A DNA stretch of 64,000 bases. It comes from a bacterium. Its GTDB lineage: Bacteria; Margulisbacteria; Marinamargulisbacteria; JABGVJ01. Both the position numbers and the translations under genes were made by a program. The notes under the pieces were generated by a model, which did no database searches, was not told the DNA's origin, and saw nothing but the letters and a program-made list of their open reading frames with translations. Below are positions 9,150 to 19,634 of the stretch, piece after piece. Location of the stretch: positions 5,387-69,386 of the forward strand of contig JABGVJ010000099.1 of NCBI GenBank assembly GCA_018646105.1, given 5' to 3'. Each line of letters starts with the position of its first letter. The stretch's first letter is position 1.

Positions 9150-10922
9150 TTACAACGAAATGTCTGTTTCAATGCCTAAATCAAATTGAGTATTGGAGTA
9201 GCCTTGATTGAGGGCTACGGTAAACGGTAATTGATTAGCGGTGGGTCCGAAATATTGTCGTGGTCCCGGACTGCTAAAACAGTCGGTTTCGGCCCAATGA
9301 GATCGTCTTTCGCTAAAAAATTCGAAAGCTGGAGACTTTAAATCTACGAGCGCTTTTTGAATCACCATTTCATTTTTCCCGCTTCTTTTTTCTAGAGTGA
9401 TGAGCCCGGATAAAGGAATAGCTATAATTTGACTATTTTGATCAAGATTAGTGATAGAGGCTAGATACCCGGTATGGTGCTCTAAGGCCAAGGAACCTGC
9501 GGTTAAACCTAAATTAACAGTATAGGCAGCATCGAAGGTAGAGGGAGCGCCGCAACGTCCTTCATAGCCAAAAAAATGATGGTTTGTGGCAAATTTGAAT
9601 TTATGGATTTTTTCAATATCATCTTGATTCGCATTGATATTTAAAGCATAAAGTAATTTCTGAGGATCATTTTTGAGACTTTGAATTTTACGTTTAAGCA
9701 TTTCTATTAATAGTTGTTCAGTATCTATTTGGGAAACTTGTAGGTTACCATGCGAGTCTCTATTTAAGAGTAATTTTTCTTGAATGTTTTGTGGTAAACT
9801 GCTGAAAAGTTTAGCTGATTTCTCATTGATTTTACTAATAATTAATTCTTTTTTTTCAGAAAATAAATTTATTTGAGCAAGTTCTTTTTCTTGTTGTGCC
9901 AAGGTATTATTGAGTTCTTGGATCAGGATTTGAAATTCAGGAATAAATTCAATGAGTCCTTCGGGGACTAGGACAAGGCCGTGGTGGAGACCTTTGAAAT
10001 ATCTTTTAAGAATAATTTTTAAAATATAAGTAATAATATCGTTTAAAGACATTTTTTTCTGCGCGATTTCTTCAGAGATAAGGGTGATAGGCGGTTTGGT
10101 TTGGAGCGCAACTTCTAAGGCTACGTGACTGGCACTACGACCCATGACTTTGATGAAATGCCAATATTTGTGGGATGAAGGGGTGTCTTGCAAAATATTG
10201 CCGGTGAGTTCGGCATAGATTTTGGTAGCAGTATCAAAACCAAAAGTAATGGGTAAAAGATGATTAACTTGTAGATCGCCGTCAATAGTTTTAGGTACGC
10301 CAATAACAGCACATTTGAGGTCAAATAAGTATTCGGCTAAAATGGCCGCGTTGGTATTGGAATCATCGCCGCCAATAATAATTAGACCATCTAACTGATA
10401 TTGAAGGACTATTTTTTTTACTTTGTTAAATTGTTCAGGTGTTTTTATTTTTGTGCGGTCTGACCCTAAAAAATCAAATCCGCCTAGATTAAGGATGTGC
10501 GTAAGTTTTTGAGAAGTGATCTCAAATAACTCGCCGTTTAAAAATCCTTTAGGTCCGTTTTTGATACCGTATAAAGTATTGTTTTCACCTAAAGCGAGTT
10601 TGATGCCTACTAAGACATTGTGCCCACCGGCTGCAGGGCCGCCGGAAAAAAGTACGGCGATTTTTTTTCCTTTGATGAGTGTGGATTTAGTATTTCCTTG
10701 TAAAACCTGATTTTTATTTTGTTGTATAGTATTTTTAAAATATTGGTTTACAGCTGTGGAATTGCTGTTTAATTTTTGTGGAGTTTGAGTAAATGAGCAA
10801 GCTTGTACAGTATTGTTTTGGATAAAGGTGGGGTGAATAAATAGTTTTAGTTTTTTAAAGGTTTGTTCTAAAAAAGAATTGTTTTTTTCAGTTTGAATAA
10901 TTATTTTTTTCAGTTTATCCAT
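9150..10922 (-). CDS. pfp: Pyrophosphate--fructose-6-phosphate 1-phosphotransferase (PPi-PFK), long form
   Basis: 590 aa. LFSGGPAAGGHNV and GGDDSNTNA motifs (GGDDS rather than GGDGS indicates the PPi-dependent type); MGR motif. Confidence 0.85.
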   Translation of the reverse strand: MDKLKKIIIQTEKNNSFLEQTFKKLKLFIHPTFIQNNTVQACSFTQTPQKLNSNSTAVNQYFKNTIQQNKNQVLQGNTKSTLIKGKKIAVLFSGGPAAGGHNVLVGIKLALGENNTLYGIKNGPKGFLNGELFEITSQKLTHILNLGGFDFLGSDRTKIKTPEQFNKVKKIVLQYQLDGLIIIGGDDSNTNAAILAEYLFDLKCAVIGVPKTIDGDLQVNHLLPITFGFDTATKIYAELTGNILQDTPSSHKYWHFIKVMGRSASHVALEVALQTKPPITLISEEIAQKKMSLNDIITYILKIILKRYFKGLHHGLVLVPEGLIEFIPEFQILIQELNNTLAQQEKELAQINLFSEKKELIISKINEKSAKLFSSLPQNIQEKLLLNRDSHGNLQVSQIDTEQLLIEMLKRKIQSLKNDPQKLLYALNINANQDDIEKIHKFKFATNHHFFGYEGRCGAPSTFDAAYTVNLGLTAGSLALEHHTGYLASITNLDQNSQIIAIPLSGLITLEKRSGKNEMVIQKALVDLKSPAFEFFSERRSHWAETDCFSSPGPRQYFGPTANQLPFTVALNQGYSNTQFDLGIETDISL

Positions 10923-10962
10923 TTATTTTATTCCTTTGTTTAATAGTCGTTTAGGTTTGAAA

Positions 10963-11012
10963 AGCCTCTTAAGCCTCACCCCAAGCCCCTCTCCATAAAT
11001 GTAGAGGGGCTT
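10963..11012. repeat. Degenerate REP-like element, copy 4 (AAGCCTCACCCCAAGCCCCTCTCCA taaatg TAGAGGGGC)
   Basis: 8-bp stem. Lies in the divergent pfp/dxs promoter region. Confidence 0.55.
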
Positions 11013-11112
11013 AATTTAGTTTTTATTGAAGGCCTAAAAAACTTTTCCTAAACCTGTATTGATACGTTTGATACCCTTTATTTTACAAGGGTTTGATATT
11101 ATAATCCATATT

Positions 11113-13026
11113 ATGGAAAAACGATTGTTAGAAAATTTGAGTTTGCCCCAAGATTTAAAAAAATTATCTAAAGCTAAATTAGAACAGTTAGCCATAGAAT
11201 TAAGAGAAAAGATTATTGAAATTGGGGATGTTTGTGGCGGGCATGTAGCTTCCAATTTGGGGGTTGTGGAACTGACGTTAGCTTTACATACGGTTTTTGA
11301 TAGTCCTAAAGATCAGATTGTTTGGGATGTAGCACATCAGTGTTATTCACATAAAATGTTGACTGGTAGACAGGATAAGATTTTAACGATCAGACAGTTT
11401 AAAGGATTGTCTGGTTTTACCAAGATTAGTGAAAGTGAACATGATGTTTTTGGAGCGGGGCATTCTTCGACTTCTATTTCTGCGGCTTTAGGATTAGCGC
11501 ATGCGAGAGATTTGCAGCATAAAAAAAATGCGGTGATTGCGGTTATTGGAGATTCTTCTTTTGCTAATGGAATGGCCTTTGAAGCTTTGAATAATGTGGA
11601 AAAATTGAAAACCAATTTTATTTGTATTTTAAATGATAATGATATGTCTATTTCTAAACCCATAGGTAGTATGTCTAAATATATAACTTCTGTACGTACT
11701 TCACAGGTTTATAATAAAGCTAAAAGAAAATTTGAAAAGCTTTTTAAAAGAATTCCTAAAATAGGCGTGCCTTTAACCAGAAGAATAGAAAAAATGGTGG
11801 AAAGATTAAGACACGTAGTTCTGGATATGAAATTTGATGTTTTGTTTGAAGAATTTGGTTTTAAATATTTGGGTCCTTTGGATGGACATGATGTATTGGT
11901 TATGATGGCGGCCTTAAAGTATGCTAAGTCATATAAGGGCCCTATTATGTTGCATGTGATTACGCAAAAAGGAAAAGGGTATACTCCGGCTGAAGATAAT
12001 CCAACAAAATATCATGGGATACAACCTAAAAAAAATAAAAGGATAACAAGTAATTTAATTACATATCAAGAAGTTTTTGGTGAGGAAATGTTGAAAATAG
12101 CTAAAAAGCGAAAAGAAGTGGTAGCGATTACGCCGGCTATGACAGAAGGAAGTGGGTTAGTAGAGTTTGCTAAAAAATATGCGAAACGGTTTTATGATGT
12201 GGGCATTGCTGAAGGGCATGCTGTAACTTTTGCGGCAGGGTTGGCTAGAGGAGGATTAAAACCGGTTTTGACTATTTATTCTACTTTTTTGCAAAGAGGT
12301 TTTGATCAGGTGGTGCATGATGTATGTTTGCAAAATTTAGGGGTGGTTTTGGCTATTGATAGAGCCGGGTTTGTGGGAGCTGATGGTCCTACGCATCATG
12401 GAATTTTTGATTATAGTTATTTGTTACCAATACCTAATTTGACTATTTTAGCGCCTAAAGACGGAACAGAGTTAAGACAGATGTTGAATTGGGCTATGGA
12501 ATATAAAGGGCCTGTTTCGATTAGATATCCGCGTAGTAGAGTTCCTTTAGAAGATGGGACAGTTAATACTAAATTAAGTAAAGGTAAAGCAGAAGTGATT
12601 TTTGAAAATAGGGGAGATAAAACGAAAAAGCCGTATCAGGTTTTATTGCTGGCAGCAGGTTCTATGGTTTGGCCGGCAGTACGGGTGACGGAACGTTTGG
12701 ATGAGAAAAAGGTTTCGGTAGCAGTGATTAATTTGAGATTTATTAAACCTTTGGATATTAAGTTATTAAAAGAATATGTAGAACAGGCTAAATTGATTTA
12801 TGTTTTAGAAGAAGGTAGTGTGATCGGCGGCGTTTATGCTTATATTTTAGAACAATTAGATATAGAAGATTCAAAAGCACGGAATATGTTTAAGCAGATA
12901 GCTTTGCCTGATAAATTTTTAGAACATGGTAGTGTAGATCAATTAAAAGATAAATACGGGTTATCGGAAGAAAAAATACTTGCCCGTATTTTAGGTGATT
13001 TAAGTATTTTGCCAAAGTCCGTGTAA
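11113..13026 (+). CDS. dxs: 1-deoxy-D-xylulose-5-phosphate synthase. The start is more likely the [12 protein letters not shown] Met at 11113 than the ORF-track start at 11059.
   Basis: Thiamine-diphosphate binding GDS...NDN region ([16 protein letters not shown]...[10 protein letters not shown]); transketolase-like Pyr and C-terminal domains. Confidence 0.9.
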   Translation: MEKRLLENLSLPQDLKKLSKAKLEQLAIELREKIIEIGDVCGGHVASNLGVVELTLALHTVFDSPKDQIVWDVAHQCYSHKMLTGRQDKILTIRQFKGLSGFTKISESEHDVFGAGHSSTSISAALGLAHARDLQHKKNAVIAVIGDSSFANGMAFEALNNVEKLKTNFICILNDNDMSISKPIGSMSKYITSVRTSQVYNKAKRKFEKLFKRIPKIGVPLTRRIEKMVERLRHVVLDMKFDVLFEEFGFKYLGPLDGHDVLVMMAALKYAKSYKGPIMLHVITQKGKGYTPAEDNPTKYHGIQPKKNKRITSNLITYQEVFGEEMLKIAKKRKEVVAITPAMTEGSGLVEFAKKYAKRFYDVGIAEGHAVTFAAGLARGGLKPVLTIYSTFLQRGFDQVVHDVCLQNLGVVLAIDRAGFVGADGPTHHGIFDYSYLLPIPNLTILAPKDGTELRQMLNWAMEYKGPVSIRYPRSRVPLEDGTVNTKLSKGKAEVIFENRGDKTKKPYQVLLLAAGSMVWPAVRVTERLDEKKVSVAVINLRFIKPLDIKLLKEYVEQAKLIYVLEEGSVIGGVYAYILEQLDIEDSKARNMFKQIALPDKFLEHGSVDQLKDKYGLSEEKILARILGDLSILPKSV

Positions 13027-13377
13027 ATTACAATATGCTCTAGCGTTAAAGCTGGTAGCGGTAATGCAAAATTCTGCTTCCGGGCTATTTCCGGGTTTGA
13101 GTTGTTTCCTATAAACTTGGTTGTTTGCTAATAATTCGATCCATTCAATGAAATGTTTTTCTTCCATAGGATGAGTTGTACTTCCTACTTTGATTTTTAA
13201 ACCTTGAGCTGTTTTTTCAATTACAGGGACGTGTTTTTCCTGTGCCGCGTCTGTGGTGTTTTCTTGCATTAAGTTCATTTTTTGACCACAGCAAACTAGT
13301 TCGCCCATGGAAGCATGGACCATTTCTACGATATTGCCACAAATAGTGCATTTATAAATTTGATTTAATTTAGTCAT
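13000..13377 (-). CDS. dfx: Desulfoferrodoxin (2Fe superoxide reductase)
   Basis: 125 aa. N-terminal desulforedoxin Cys4 (CTICGN...CCGQ); C-terminal SOR domain (HVPV, His ligands, C-NLHGLW). Convergent 27-nt overlap with the dxs 3' end. Confidence 0.8.
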   Translation of the reverse strand: MTKLNQIYKCTICGNIVEMVHASMGELVCCGQKMNLMQENTTDAAQEKHVPVIEKTAQGLKIKVGSTTHPMEEKHFIEWIELLANNQVYRKQLKPGNSPEAEFCITATSFNARAYCNLHGLWQNT

Positions 13378-13450
13378 TTTGAATTACTCCTTTTGAATGT
13401 TTTTTTCGAATCGTTTCTATGAAAATATTAACATAGTTTTTGTTGGAACG

Positions 13451-13496
13451 AAAAAAAAACCACCCCGTTTTTATTACAAAAACGGGGTGTTTTAGA
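13451..13496 (-). terminator. Bidirectional intrinsic terminator (A9-CACCCCGTTTTT-attac-AAAAACGGGGTG-TTTT), downstream of hppA on the minus strand
   Basis: 12-bp GC-containing stem flanked by an A-run and a T-run. Lies between the hppA 3' end and the dfx 5' end. Confidence 0.7.
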
Positions 13497-13512
13497 TTTT
13501 AAAGAAGAAGGT

Positions 13513-15741
13513 TTAGCCTAGCAGACTATATCTAATAACAAGTCCGGCTACTACAATACTAACCATACTCATAAGTTTGATTAAGATATCAAGACTTGGT
13601 CCCGCTGTATCTTTGAATGGATCACCTACGGTATCTCCAACAATAGCTGCTTTATGAGCGTCGGAACCTTTGCCTCCATGCATACCTTGTTCAATGTGTT
13701 TTTTCGCATTATCCCAGCTACCACCGGAATTTGCTAAAAAGACGGCCATAGAAAAGCTGGTTACTAAGCCGCCTACTAAAAGACCGATAACCCCGGCTAC
13801 GCCAAGAACAAGTCCTACAATAATAGGAACCAAGAGTGCAACGACAGCTGGTAAAACCATTTGTTTTTGAGCTCCTTTGGTAGCTATTGCAATACATCTT
13901 TCATAATCTGGTTTACCTTCTCCTGTTAAAATACCTTTAATTTCTTTGAATTGACGTCTTACTTCTACGACCATCGCAAAAGCAGCTTCGCCAACGGCAT
14001 TGATAGTTAAGGCTGTAAAAACAAAAGCTAGCATCGCACCTAAAAAAGTACCGACAAGTACCGCTGGATTCATAAGTGTGACATTAAAATATTCCATAAA
14101 GTTTTCTAAAGTAGCTTGAGAGGTAAGAATAACTTGATTACCAACTTCAATGGTAGTATGACCTAGACGGATAAGTGAGTTTCTAACTTCTTCAATATAA
14201 GCTGCGATAAGTGCTAGTGCGGTTAGCGCTGCTGATCCTACGCAAAATCCTTTTCCTGTAGCAGCAGTAGTGTTGCCAAGTGAATCAAGGGCATCTGTTT
14301 TTTTTCTGACTTCAGGACCAAGCCCACTCATTTCAGCGTTACCACCAGCATTGTCCGCAATAGGACCATAAGCATCAGTGGATAGCGTAAATCCTAGAGT
14401 AGAAAGCATTCCTACAGCTGCAAAGCCGATACCATATAAACCAAGGTAAGTATGTTCGTAGCCGCCGGAAAGCCAATAAGCTAGTAAGATACTAGTACAA
14501 ATAGTAAGTACCGGAATACCAGTGGATAACATTCCGGAACCAATGCCGCCGATAATAACGGTAGCAGCGCCGGTAGTAGCATTTTTAGAGATAGCTTTGG
14601 TTGGTTCATAGTGATCAGAGGTGTAGTATTCAGTTGCTTTCCCAATAATGATACCTGCTGCTAAACCAACGATGATCGTAAGCCAAATACCTATCCAGCC
14701 GCCTATAATTTGAGTTCCTAGGATAGTATTTAGTAATAAGTAACATACGATGGCTGATAAAATAATAATAAGAATTGAAGTTACATTTACGCCGCGTTCC
14801 AAAGATTTTAAAAGTTCTTTTTGACTAGCGCCTTCTTTGGTTTTAACACTAAAAACACCGAATATAGAAAGAAAAGTACCAATACCAGCAATAATCATAG
14901 GCGCAATAACCATTAGAAAAGCAGTGGTTTCTGATCCTTGTGCAATGCTGGCTGCAGCTGCAGAACCTAGAGCCGCAGTTGCTAGAATACTACCGCAATA
15001 GCTTTCGTAAAGGTCAGCACCCATACCAGCAACATCGCCGACATTATCACCTACATTGTCCGCGATAGTAGCGGGATTTCTAGGATCGTCTTCAGGAATA
15101 TTAGCTTCTATTTTACCGACTAGGTCAGCGCCAACGTCAGCAGCTTTAGTAAAAATACCACCACCGACACGAGCAAATAAAGCCATAGATGAAGCACCAA
15201 TACCAAAACTAAGCATGGTAATAGTAACTTCAGATAAAGGTAAGTTTAAAATCATTTTTAATAAGATGAACCATAAAGAAATATCTAAAAGGCCAAGACC
15301 TACTACAGATAAACCTAAAACAGCGCCTGCTCGTAAAGCGATTTTTAGAGCATTGTTAAGACTGGTTCTAGCTGCGTGGGTAGTACGTGCACTGGCATTA
15401 GTGGCGGTTTTCATACCAATGAAACCAGCAATACCGGAAAATAAACCACCAGTTAAAAAAGCAAAAGGAACCCAGGGAGATTGTACTTTAAGAATAAAAG
15501 CTAAAAAAGAAAAGAAAAGAAAAGCAAAAACAAAATAGATAGCGACTATTTTGTATTGTTGTTTAAGGTAAGTCATAGATCCTTTACGAACATATTCAGC
15601 AATTTCTTTCATGCGAGGTGTTCCCTCGTCATTTTTCATAACATCTTTAAAAAAGTAATAAGCGAAAGCAAGAGCTAAAGAAGCTCCGACGGGCGCTATC
15701 CAAAAAAGATGTTTGAGTGTTTCCAGATTTGTTTGGTCCAT
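13513..15741 (-). CDS. hppA: Membrane-bound proton/sodium-translocating pyrophosphatase (V-PPase)
   Basis: 742 aa, about 16 TM helices. Canonical [17 protein letters not shown] motif and a second acidic motif [11 protein letters not shown]. Confidence 0.9.
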   Translation of the reverse strand: MDQTNLETLKHLFWIAPVGASLALAFAYYFFKDVMKNDEGTPRMKEIAEYVRKGSMTYLKQQYKIVAIYFVFAFLFFSFLAFILKVQSPWVPFAFLTGGLFSGIAGFIGMKTATNASARTTHAARTSLNNALKIALRAGAVLGLSVVGLGLLDISLWFILLKMILNLPLSEVTITMLSFGIGASSMALFARVGGGIFTKAADVGADLVGKIEANIPEDDPRNPATIADNVGDNVGDVAGMGADLYESYCGSILATAALGSAAAASIAQGSETTAFLMVIAPMIIAGIGTFLSIFGVFSVKTKEGASQKELLKSLERGVNVTSILIIILSAIVCYLLLNTILGTQIIGGWIGIWLTIIVGLAAGIIIGKATEYYTSDHYEPTKAISKNATTGAATVIIGGIGSGMLSTGIPVLTICTSILLAYWLSGGYEHTYLGLYGIGFAAVGMLSTLGFTLSTDAYGPIADNAGGNAEMSGLGPEVRKKTDALDSLGNTTAATGKGFCVGSAALTALALIAAYIEEVRNSLIRLGHTTIEVGNQVILTSQATLENFMEYFNVTLMNPAVLVGTFLGAMLAFVFTALTINAVGEAAFAMVVEVRRQFKEIKGILTGEGKPDYERCIAIATKGAQKQMVLPAVVALLVPIIVGLVLGVAGVIGLLVGGLVTSFSMAVFLANSGGSWDNAKKHIEQGMHGGKGSDAHKAAIVGDTVGDPFKDTAGPSLDILIKLMSMVSIVVAGLVIRYSLLG

Positions 15742-15838
15742 ATTTTTTTTCTCCTTTGTTTGATTTTTTGACCATTAAGAAGTATAGCTAATTTTCATAA
15801 GAAATGCCACTATTTTTCGGATATCCGTTTAGATTTGA

Positions 15839-15847
15839 GGGGGGGGG
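15839..15847. repeat. Poly-G tract (G9) in the divergent hppA/purE intergenic region
   Basis: Counted directly. Embedded in the inverted repeat TTGAGGG...CCCTCAA. Confidence 0.8.
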
Positions 15848-15932
15848 ATTAGCCCTCAATTTGTTGTATTATTGGAAATATAGAGGAGTTTGAAATATAA
15901 TGATATAGAAGTAAACGAAGAAGGAGAAGCTT

Positions 15933-16454
15933 ATGAAACCAGAGATGCGAAAAGCGATTGTGGAAAATAAAGGATGTGCTGTTATTTTAGCGGGTTCAGA
16001 TAGTGATGAAGAACATATTAAAAAAATCATTAAATCTTTAGAAGAATATGAAATATCTTATGAAGTAATGATTTGTTCTGCGCATAAGCAAACTGCGGAA
16101 CTTTTGCAAATCACCCAAGAATTAAATTCTATTAATGGGGCCGTAGTTTATATCGCGGTGGCTGGTGGTACGGACGCGCTTTCTGGGACATTATCTTTTT
16201 ATACGTTGGCGCCGGTGATTAGTTGTCCGCCGGATATGGCTAATACAAGTGCGTTAACTAATCCTCCTGGGAGTTCCAATGCCGTAATTGCGAATCCTAA
16301 AAATATTGGTAAATTTGTAGCGCAGATGTTTGCTTTTATAAATTCTAAGTATGTAAGATTGATTAAAGAAAGAAATGCTCAAAAGCTTACTAAATTACAG
16401 GCTAATGGTACGCGTATAAATAATAATTATGTAAAGGTATATGAAAATGACTAA
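15933..16454 (+). CDS. purE: PurE-family protein (N5-CAIR mutase/AIR carboxylase) with a C-terminal extension of about 40 aa
   Basis: ILAGSDSDEE and CSAHKQT (SAHR-like) motifs; AGGTDALSG; PVISCP. Confidence 0.65.
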   Translation: MKPEMRKAIVENKGCAVILAGSDSDEEHIKKIIKSLEEYEISYEVMICSAHKQTAELLQITQELNSINGAVVYIAVAGGTDALSGTLSFYTLAPVISCPPDMANTSALTNPPGSSNAVIANPKNIGKFVAQMFAFINSKYVRLIKERNAQKLTKLQANGTRINNNYVKVYEND

Positions 16455-17880
16455 TGCTAATATTCTGTCGGCAAGATATGCTACTTCTGAAATAAATAAT
16501 ATTTTTAGTGAAAAACAAAAAATCATTTATGAACGTGAATTGTGGCTTGCAGTGTTAAAAGCACAAAAAGAGTTAGGCCTAGATATTTCAGATAAAGAAA
16601 TAGTGAAATTTGAAAAAGCCTTGTCTAAAATAGATTTGGACTTAATTAAGAAAATAGAAGTAAAAACTAAGCATGATGTGAAAGCTAGAATTGAAGCGTA
16701 TGTGCAAACAGCGCGAGCAGGAGAATATATTCATAGAGGTATGACTTCACGTGACCTGACCGATAATGTAGAACAAATGCAGATTAAAAAAGCTCTGGAA
16801 ATTATTTTTGGTAAATTAGTGGCTATTTTAAAACAGTTTTGTGATAAGGCAGAAGAGTATCAAGGTATAGTTTTGACAGCGCGTACACATCATCAGCCAG
16901 CTCAACCCACGCTTTTAGGGCGTAGAATAGCGATGTGGGCAGAAGAGTTGATTTGGCATTTACGGGATTTGGAAAGTTTTTTAGAAAATTATCCGTTAAG
17001 AGGGATTAAAGGCCCTGTTGGTACGCAGTTTGATATGTTGAATTTATTGGGAAATAAAGAAAAGTTACGTTTGTTAGAGCAAAAACTAGCTCAAAAATTA
17101 GGGTTTAAACAGGTTTTACAGGCTACTGGTCAGGTGTATCCTAGGTCTTTGGATTATAAGTTGGGTACATGTTTGGTGGGGATAAGTGCTGCTTTGGAGA
17201 ATTTTGCTAAAGGGATGCGGTTGATGGCTGGGTATGAGCTGGTTACAGAAGGATTTAGTGCGGGGCAGGTGGGGTCTTCGGCAATGCCTCATAAGATGAA
17301 TACACGTAGTTCGGAACGAATTTGTGGTTTTTGTGAGTTATTGAAAATGTATGCGGACGGAGCTTCTAGACTGAGCGGTGATCAATGGGAAGAAGGGGAC
17401 GTGTCTTGTTCGGTAGTTAGGCGAGTTATCATACCGGATGTTTTTTATGTAATGGATGGGTTGTGTGAGACTGTTTTGACAGTGTTGAAAAATATGGGAA
17501 CATATCCGGCGATGATAGAAAAAGAATTGGAAAGATATTTACCCTTTTTAGCTAGTACAGAAATATTAATAACTGCGGTTAAAGCAGGGATAGGCCGAGA
17601 AGAAGCGCATGAACTTATTAAAAAGTATGCGGTTAAAGAAGCTTTAAAAATTAGGGATCAAGGAGCAGAAAATAATAATTTAATAAAATTATTAGCCCAA
17701 GATCCGGTTTTTAAAAATAAAGGTATTACTAAAGAAGTTTTAGATAAAATTTTAAAACATAAAAAGCATTTTATGGGTAATGCTGATCACCAGATTCAGG
17801 AAGTTGTGAAACAAGCGGAAAAGTTGTTTTTTAAAAAATATAAAAAATTTAGTTCTTATAAACCTAAAGATATTTTTTAA
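16441..17880 (+). CDS. purB: Adenylosuccinate lyase
   Basis: 479 aa. MTSRDLTDN, fumarate-lyase signature SSAMPHKMN, and the C-terminal ADSL domain. Confidence 0.85.
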   Translation: MKMTNANILSARYATSEINNIFSEKQKIIYERELWLAVLKAQKELGLDISDKEIVKFEKALSKIDLDLIKKIEVKTKHDVKARIEAYVQTARAGEYIHRGMTSRDLTDNVEQMQIKKALEIIFGKLVAILKQFCDKAEEYQGIVLTARTHHQPAQPTLLGRRIAMWAEELIWHLRDLESFLENYPLRGIKGPVGTQFDMLNLLGNKEKLRLLEQKLAQKLGFKQVLQATGQVYPRSLDYKLGTCLVGISAALENFAKGMRLMAGYELVTEGFSAGQVGSSAMPHKMNTRSSERICGFCELLKMYADGASRLSGDQWEEGDVSCSVVRRVIIPDVFYVMDGLCETVLTVLKNMGTYPAMIEKELERYLPFLASTEILITAVKAGIGREEAHELIKKYAVKEALKIRDQGAENNNLIKLLAQDPVFKNKGITKEVLDKILKHKKHFMGNADHQIQEVVKQAEKLFFKKYKKFSSYKPKDIF

Positions 17881-17889
17881 TTAAGTTTA

Positions 17890-18210
17890 ATACTCACCCC
17901 CTGTCACCTGCAGTGACATCCCTTTCTCTTAAGAATACACTAGCATCCGGAGAAATCCGCAAAAAAACAAGTGCCCTCACCCCGGCGCTTCGCGCCACCC
18001 CTCTCCCGTGGAAACAGAATAAATTACTCAGTTAGTTTATATTCGGGAGAGGGGAATTGGTTATGGATAATTTTATCAATAAATCCACAATATATTCCCC
18101 CTCTCCCGAATATATCCTTACTGAAAGATATGATAGCTTCTCCACGGGAGAGGGGGCTAGGGGGTGAGGGCATTGGTTTTTTAAATAGGAGAAGGGTGAG
18201 GCCTAAGGAA
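17890..18210. repeat. Composite head-to-head REP-like structure between convergent purB and serS. It has nested inverted repeats, arms A/A' and B/B'.
   Basis: A = CCACCCCTCTCCCGTGGAA (17997-18015) pairs with A' = TTCTCCACGGGAGAGGGGG (18138-18156). B = TATTCGGGAGAGGGGAA (18039-18055) pairs with B' = TTCCCCCTCTCCCGAATA (18095-18112). A forward core is at 17975-18010 and a reverse-complement core (GGAGAGGGGGCTAGGGGGTGAGGGC) at 18147-18172, followed by a T6 run. Confidence 0.6.
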
Positions 18211-18215
18211 ATTTT

Positions 18216-19502
18216 TTATTTAGTAGGATTTATTCTATCAAAACCAGTAAATTTATGTAGTACTTTAGGAATGAGGACTGACCCGTCAGGTTGTTGGAAT
18301 TGTTCGACAATCGCAGGTAGCAGGCGGCTGGTAGCTAAACCGGAACCGTTTAAACTATGGATAAACTCGTTTTTACCAGTTGTTTGATTTTTGAAACGAA
18401 TGTTGCCACGACGGGATTGATAGTCACAGGAATTGGAAACAGAGCTCGCTTCTTTATAATCATTCATACTGGGGATCCAAATTTCAATATCATAAGTGGT
18501 GGTCATAGCTTCGGAAACATCTGCGGCAGCGAGTTTGGAGAGTTGATAGTGTAGTCCTAATCCCTCGACAAGCCCGCAAGCTTTTTTGATGAGTTCTTGA
18601 TGCGCTTGGTTGGAATGTTCTGGTTTGGTGAATTGAAACATTTCTATTTTATTGAATTGGTGGCCGCGAATCATGCCGCGTTCTGCTGCACGGTAACTGC
18701 CTGCTTCTTTGCGATAGCATGGGGTATAGGCAAAATATTTTTTAGGTAGTTCAGTTTCTGGGATGATTTCATCACGATGATAGTTTATAAGTGCCGTTTC
18801 GGCGGTGGGTAACATAAAAGCATGATGGCCTTGCCCATCTTCTTGTTGCATCAGATAAACATCATCTTCAAATTTAGGAAATTGGCCAGCTGTATAACCG
18901 CATTGATAATTTAAAATATGCGGAGGTAAGATAAATTCATAACCGTCTTTCAAGTGGGTTTCGATAAAATAATTGAGTAACGCCCATTCTAGTTGTGCGC
19001 CAAGGCCTTTATAGAGCCAGAAACCGTTACCACCCATTTTAACGCCACGTTCATAGTCAATGAGGCCTAGATCAGTGACTAGCTGAAGATGATCTTTGGG
19101 CGTGAAATTAAATTTTGGTTTTTGACCAAAAGTAGAGAGGACCTGATTATTTTCTTTGTTGCCGGCTACTACATCATCTGCGGGGATATTGGGTAGCATG
19201 GCTAGGAAATGTTGAATTTTTGGTTCAAGTTCACATAGTTTTTCGTCTAAGGTTTTGGTTTTTTCAGAAACAATTTTCATTTTAGCTAAAAGATGTGTAA
19301 CATCTTGATTTTGTTTTTTGAGCGCAGGGATTTGACTAGATACCTGGTTTTTTTGCGCTTTTAAGGTTTCTACTTCTTGTAAAAGTTGCCGGCGTTCTTT
19401 ATCCCAAGCCAGTAACTCGGTAAAATCTATTTTATCGCCTCTTTTAAGTAGAGCTTTTTGAATTTTTTCCGGATTTTCTCTGATTTTGTTGATGTCTAGC
19501 AT
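18216..19502 (-). CDS. serS: Seryl-tRNA synthetase
   Basis: 428 aa. N-terminal coiled-coil arm and class II core (FEDDVYLM.., GHHAFMLPTAE, RGNIRF). Confidence 0.9.
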   Translation of the reverse strand: MLDINKIRENPEKIQKALLKRGDKIDFTELLAWDKERRQLLQEVETLKAQKNQVSSQIPALKKQNQDVTHLLAKMKIVSEKTKTLDEKLCELEPKIQHFLAMLPNIPADDVVAGNKENNQVLSTFGQKPKFNFTPKDHLQLVTDLGLIDYERGVKMGGNGFWLYKGLGAQLEWALLNYFIETHLKDGYEFILPPHILNYQCGYTAGQFPKFEDDVYLMQQEDGQGHHAFMLPTAETALINYHRDEIIPETELPKKYFAYTPCYRKEAGSYRAAERGMIRGHQFNKIEMFQFTKPEHSNQAHQELIKKACGLVEGLGLHYQLSKLAAADVSEAMTTTYDIEIWIPSMNDYKEASSVSNSCDYQSRRGNIRFKNQTTGKNEFIHSLNGSGLATSRLLPAIVEQFQQPDGSVLIPKVLHKFTGFDRINPTK

Positions 19503-19634
19503 AATGTATGATTGTAGTTGGTTTTTTGATGCTCGTCAAAGGGGAAAGTGGTTGCCTATTTGGGTGGATTGAAATATACTTTTGGAAGAATTAAAGGTGT
19601 ATTTTGATTTTAGAAAGTGAGTGGGATTTTAGAT

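Noticed and set aside
11059-11112. N-terminal extension of dxs (MIRLIPFILQGFDIIIHI)
   Set aside because: Hydrophobic and unconserved. The [12 protein letters not shown] Met at 11113 matches typical Dxs N-termini.
14340-14420. Apparent duplication DNVGDNVGD in the pyrophosphatase
   Set aside because: This tandem motif is the canonical conserved signature of membrane PPases, not a repeat expansion.
13670-15538. Antisense ORFs inside hppA (13670..13870, 15056..15538) and small antisense ORFs in hisS, pfp, dxs and other genes
   Set aside because: They overlap high-confidence genes on the opposite strand. They are Ala/Pro/Arg-rich, as expected for reverse frames, and have no start context.
17971-18387. 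138-aa ORF (MPSPRRFAPPLSRGNR...) in the purB-serS spacer
   Set aside because: It lies entirely inside the GC-rich REP composite. Its Pro/Arg/Gly-rich composition is what reading through that repeat would produce. No RBS is present.
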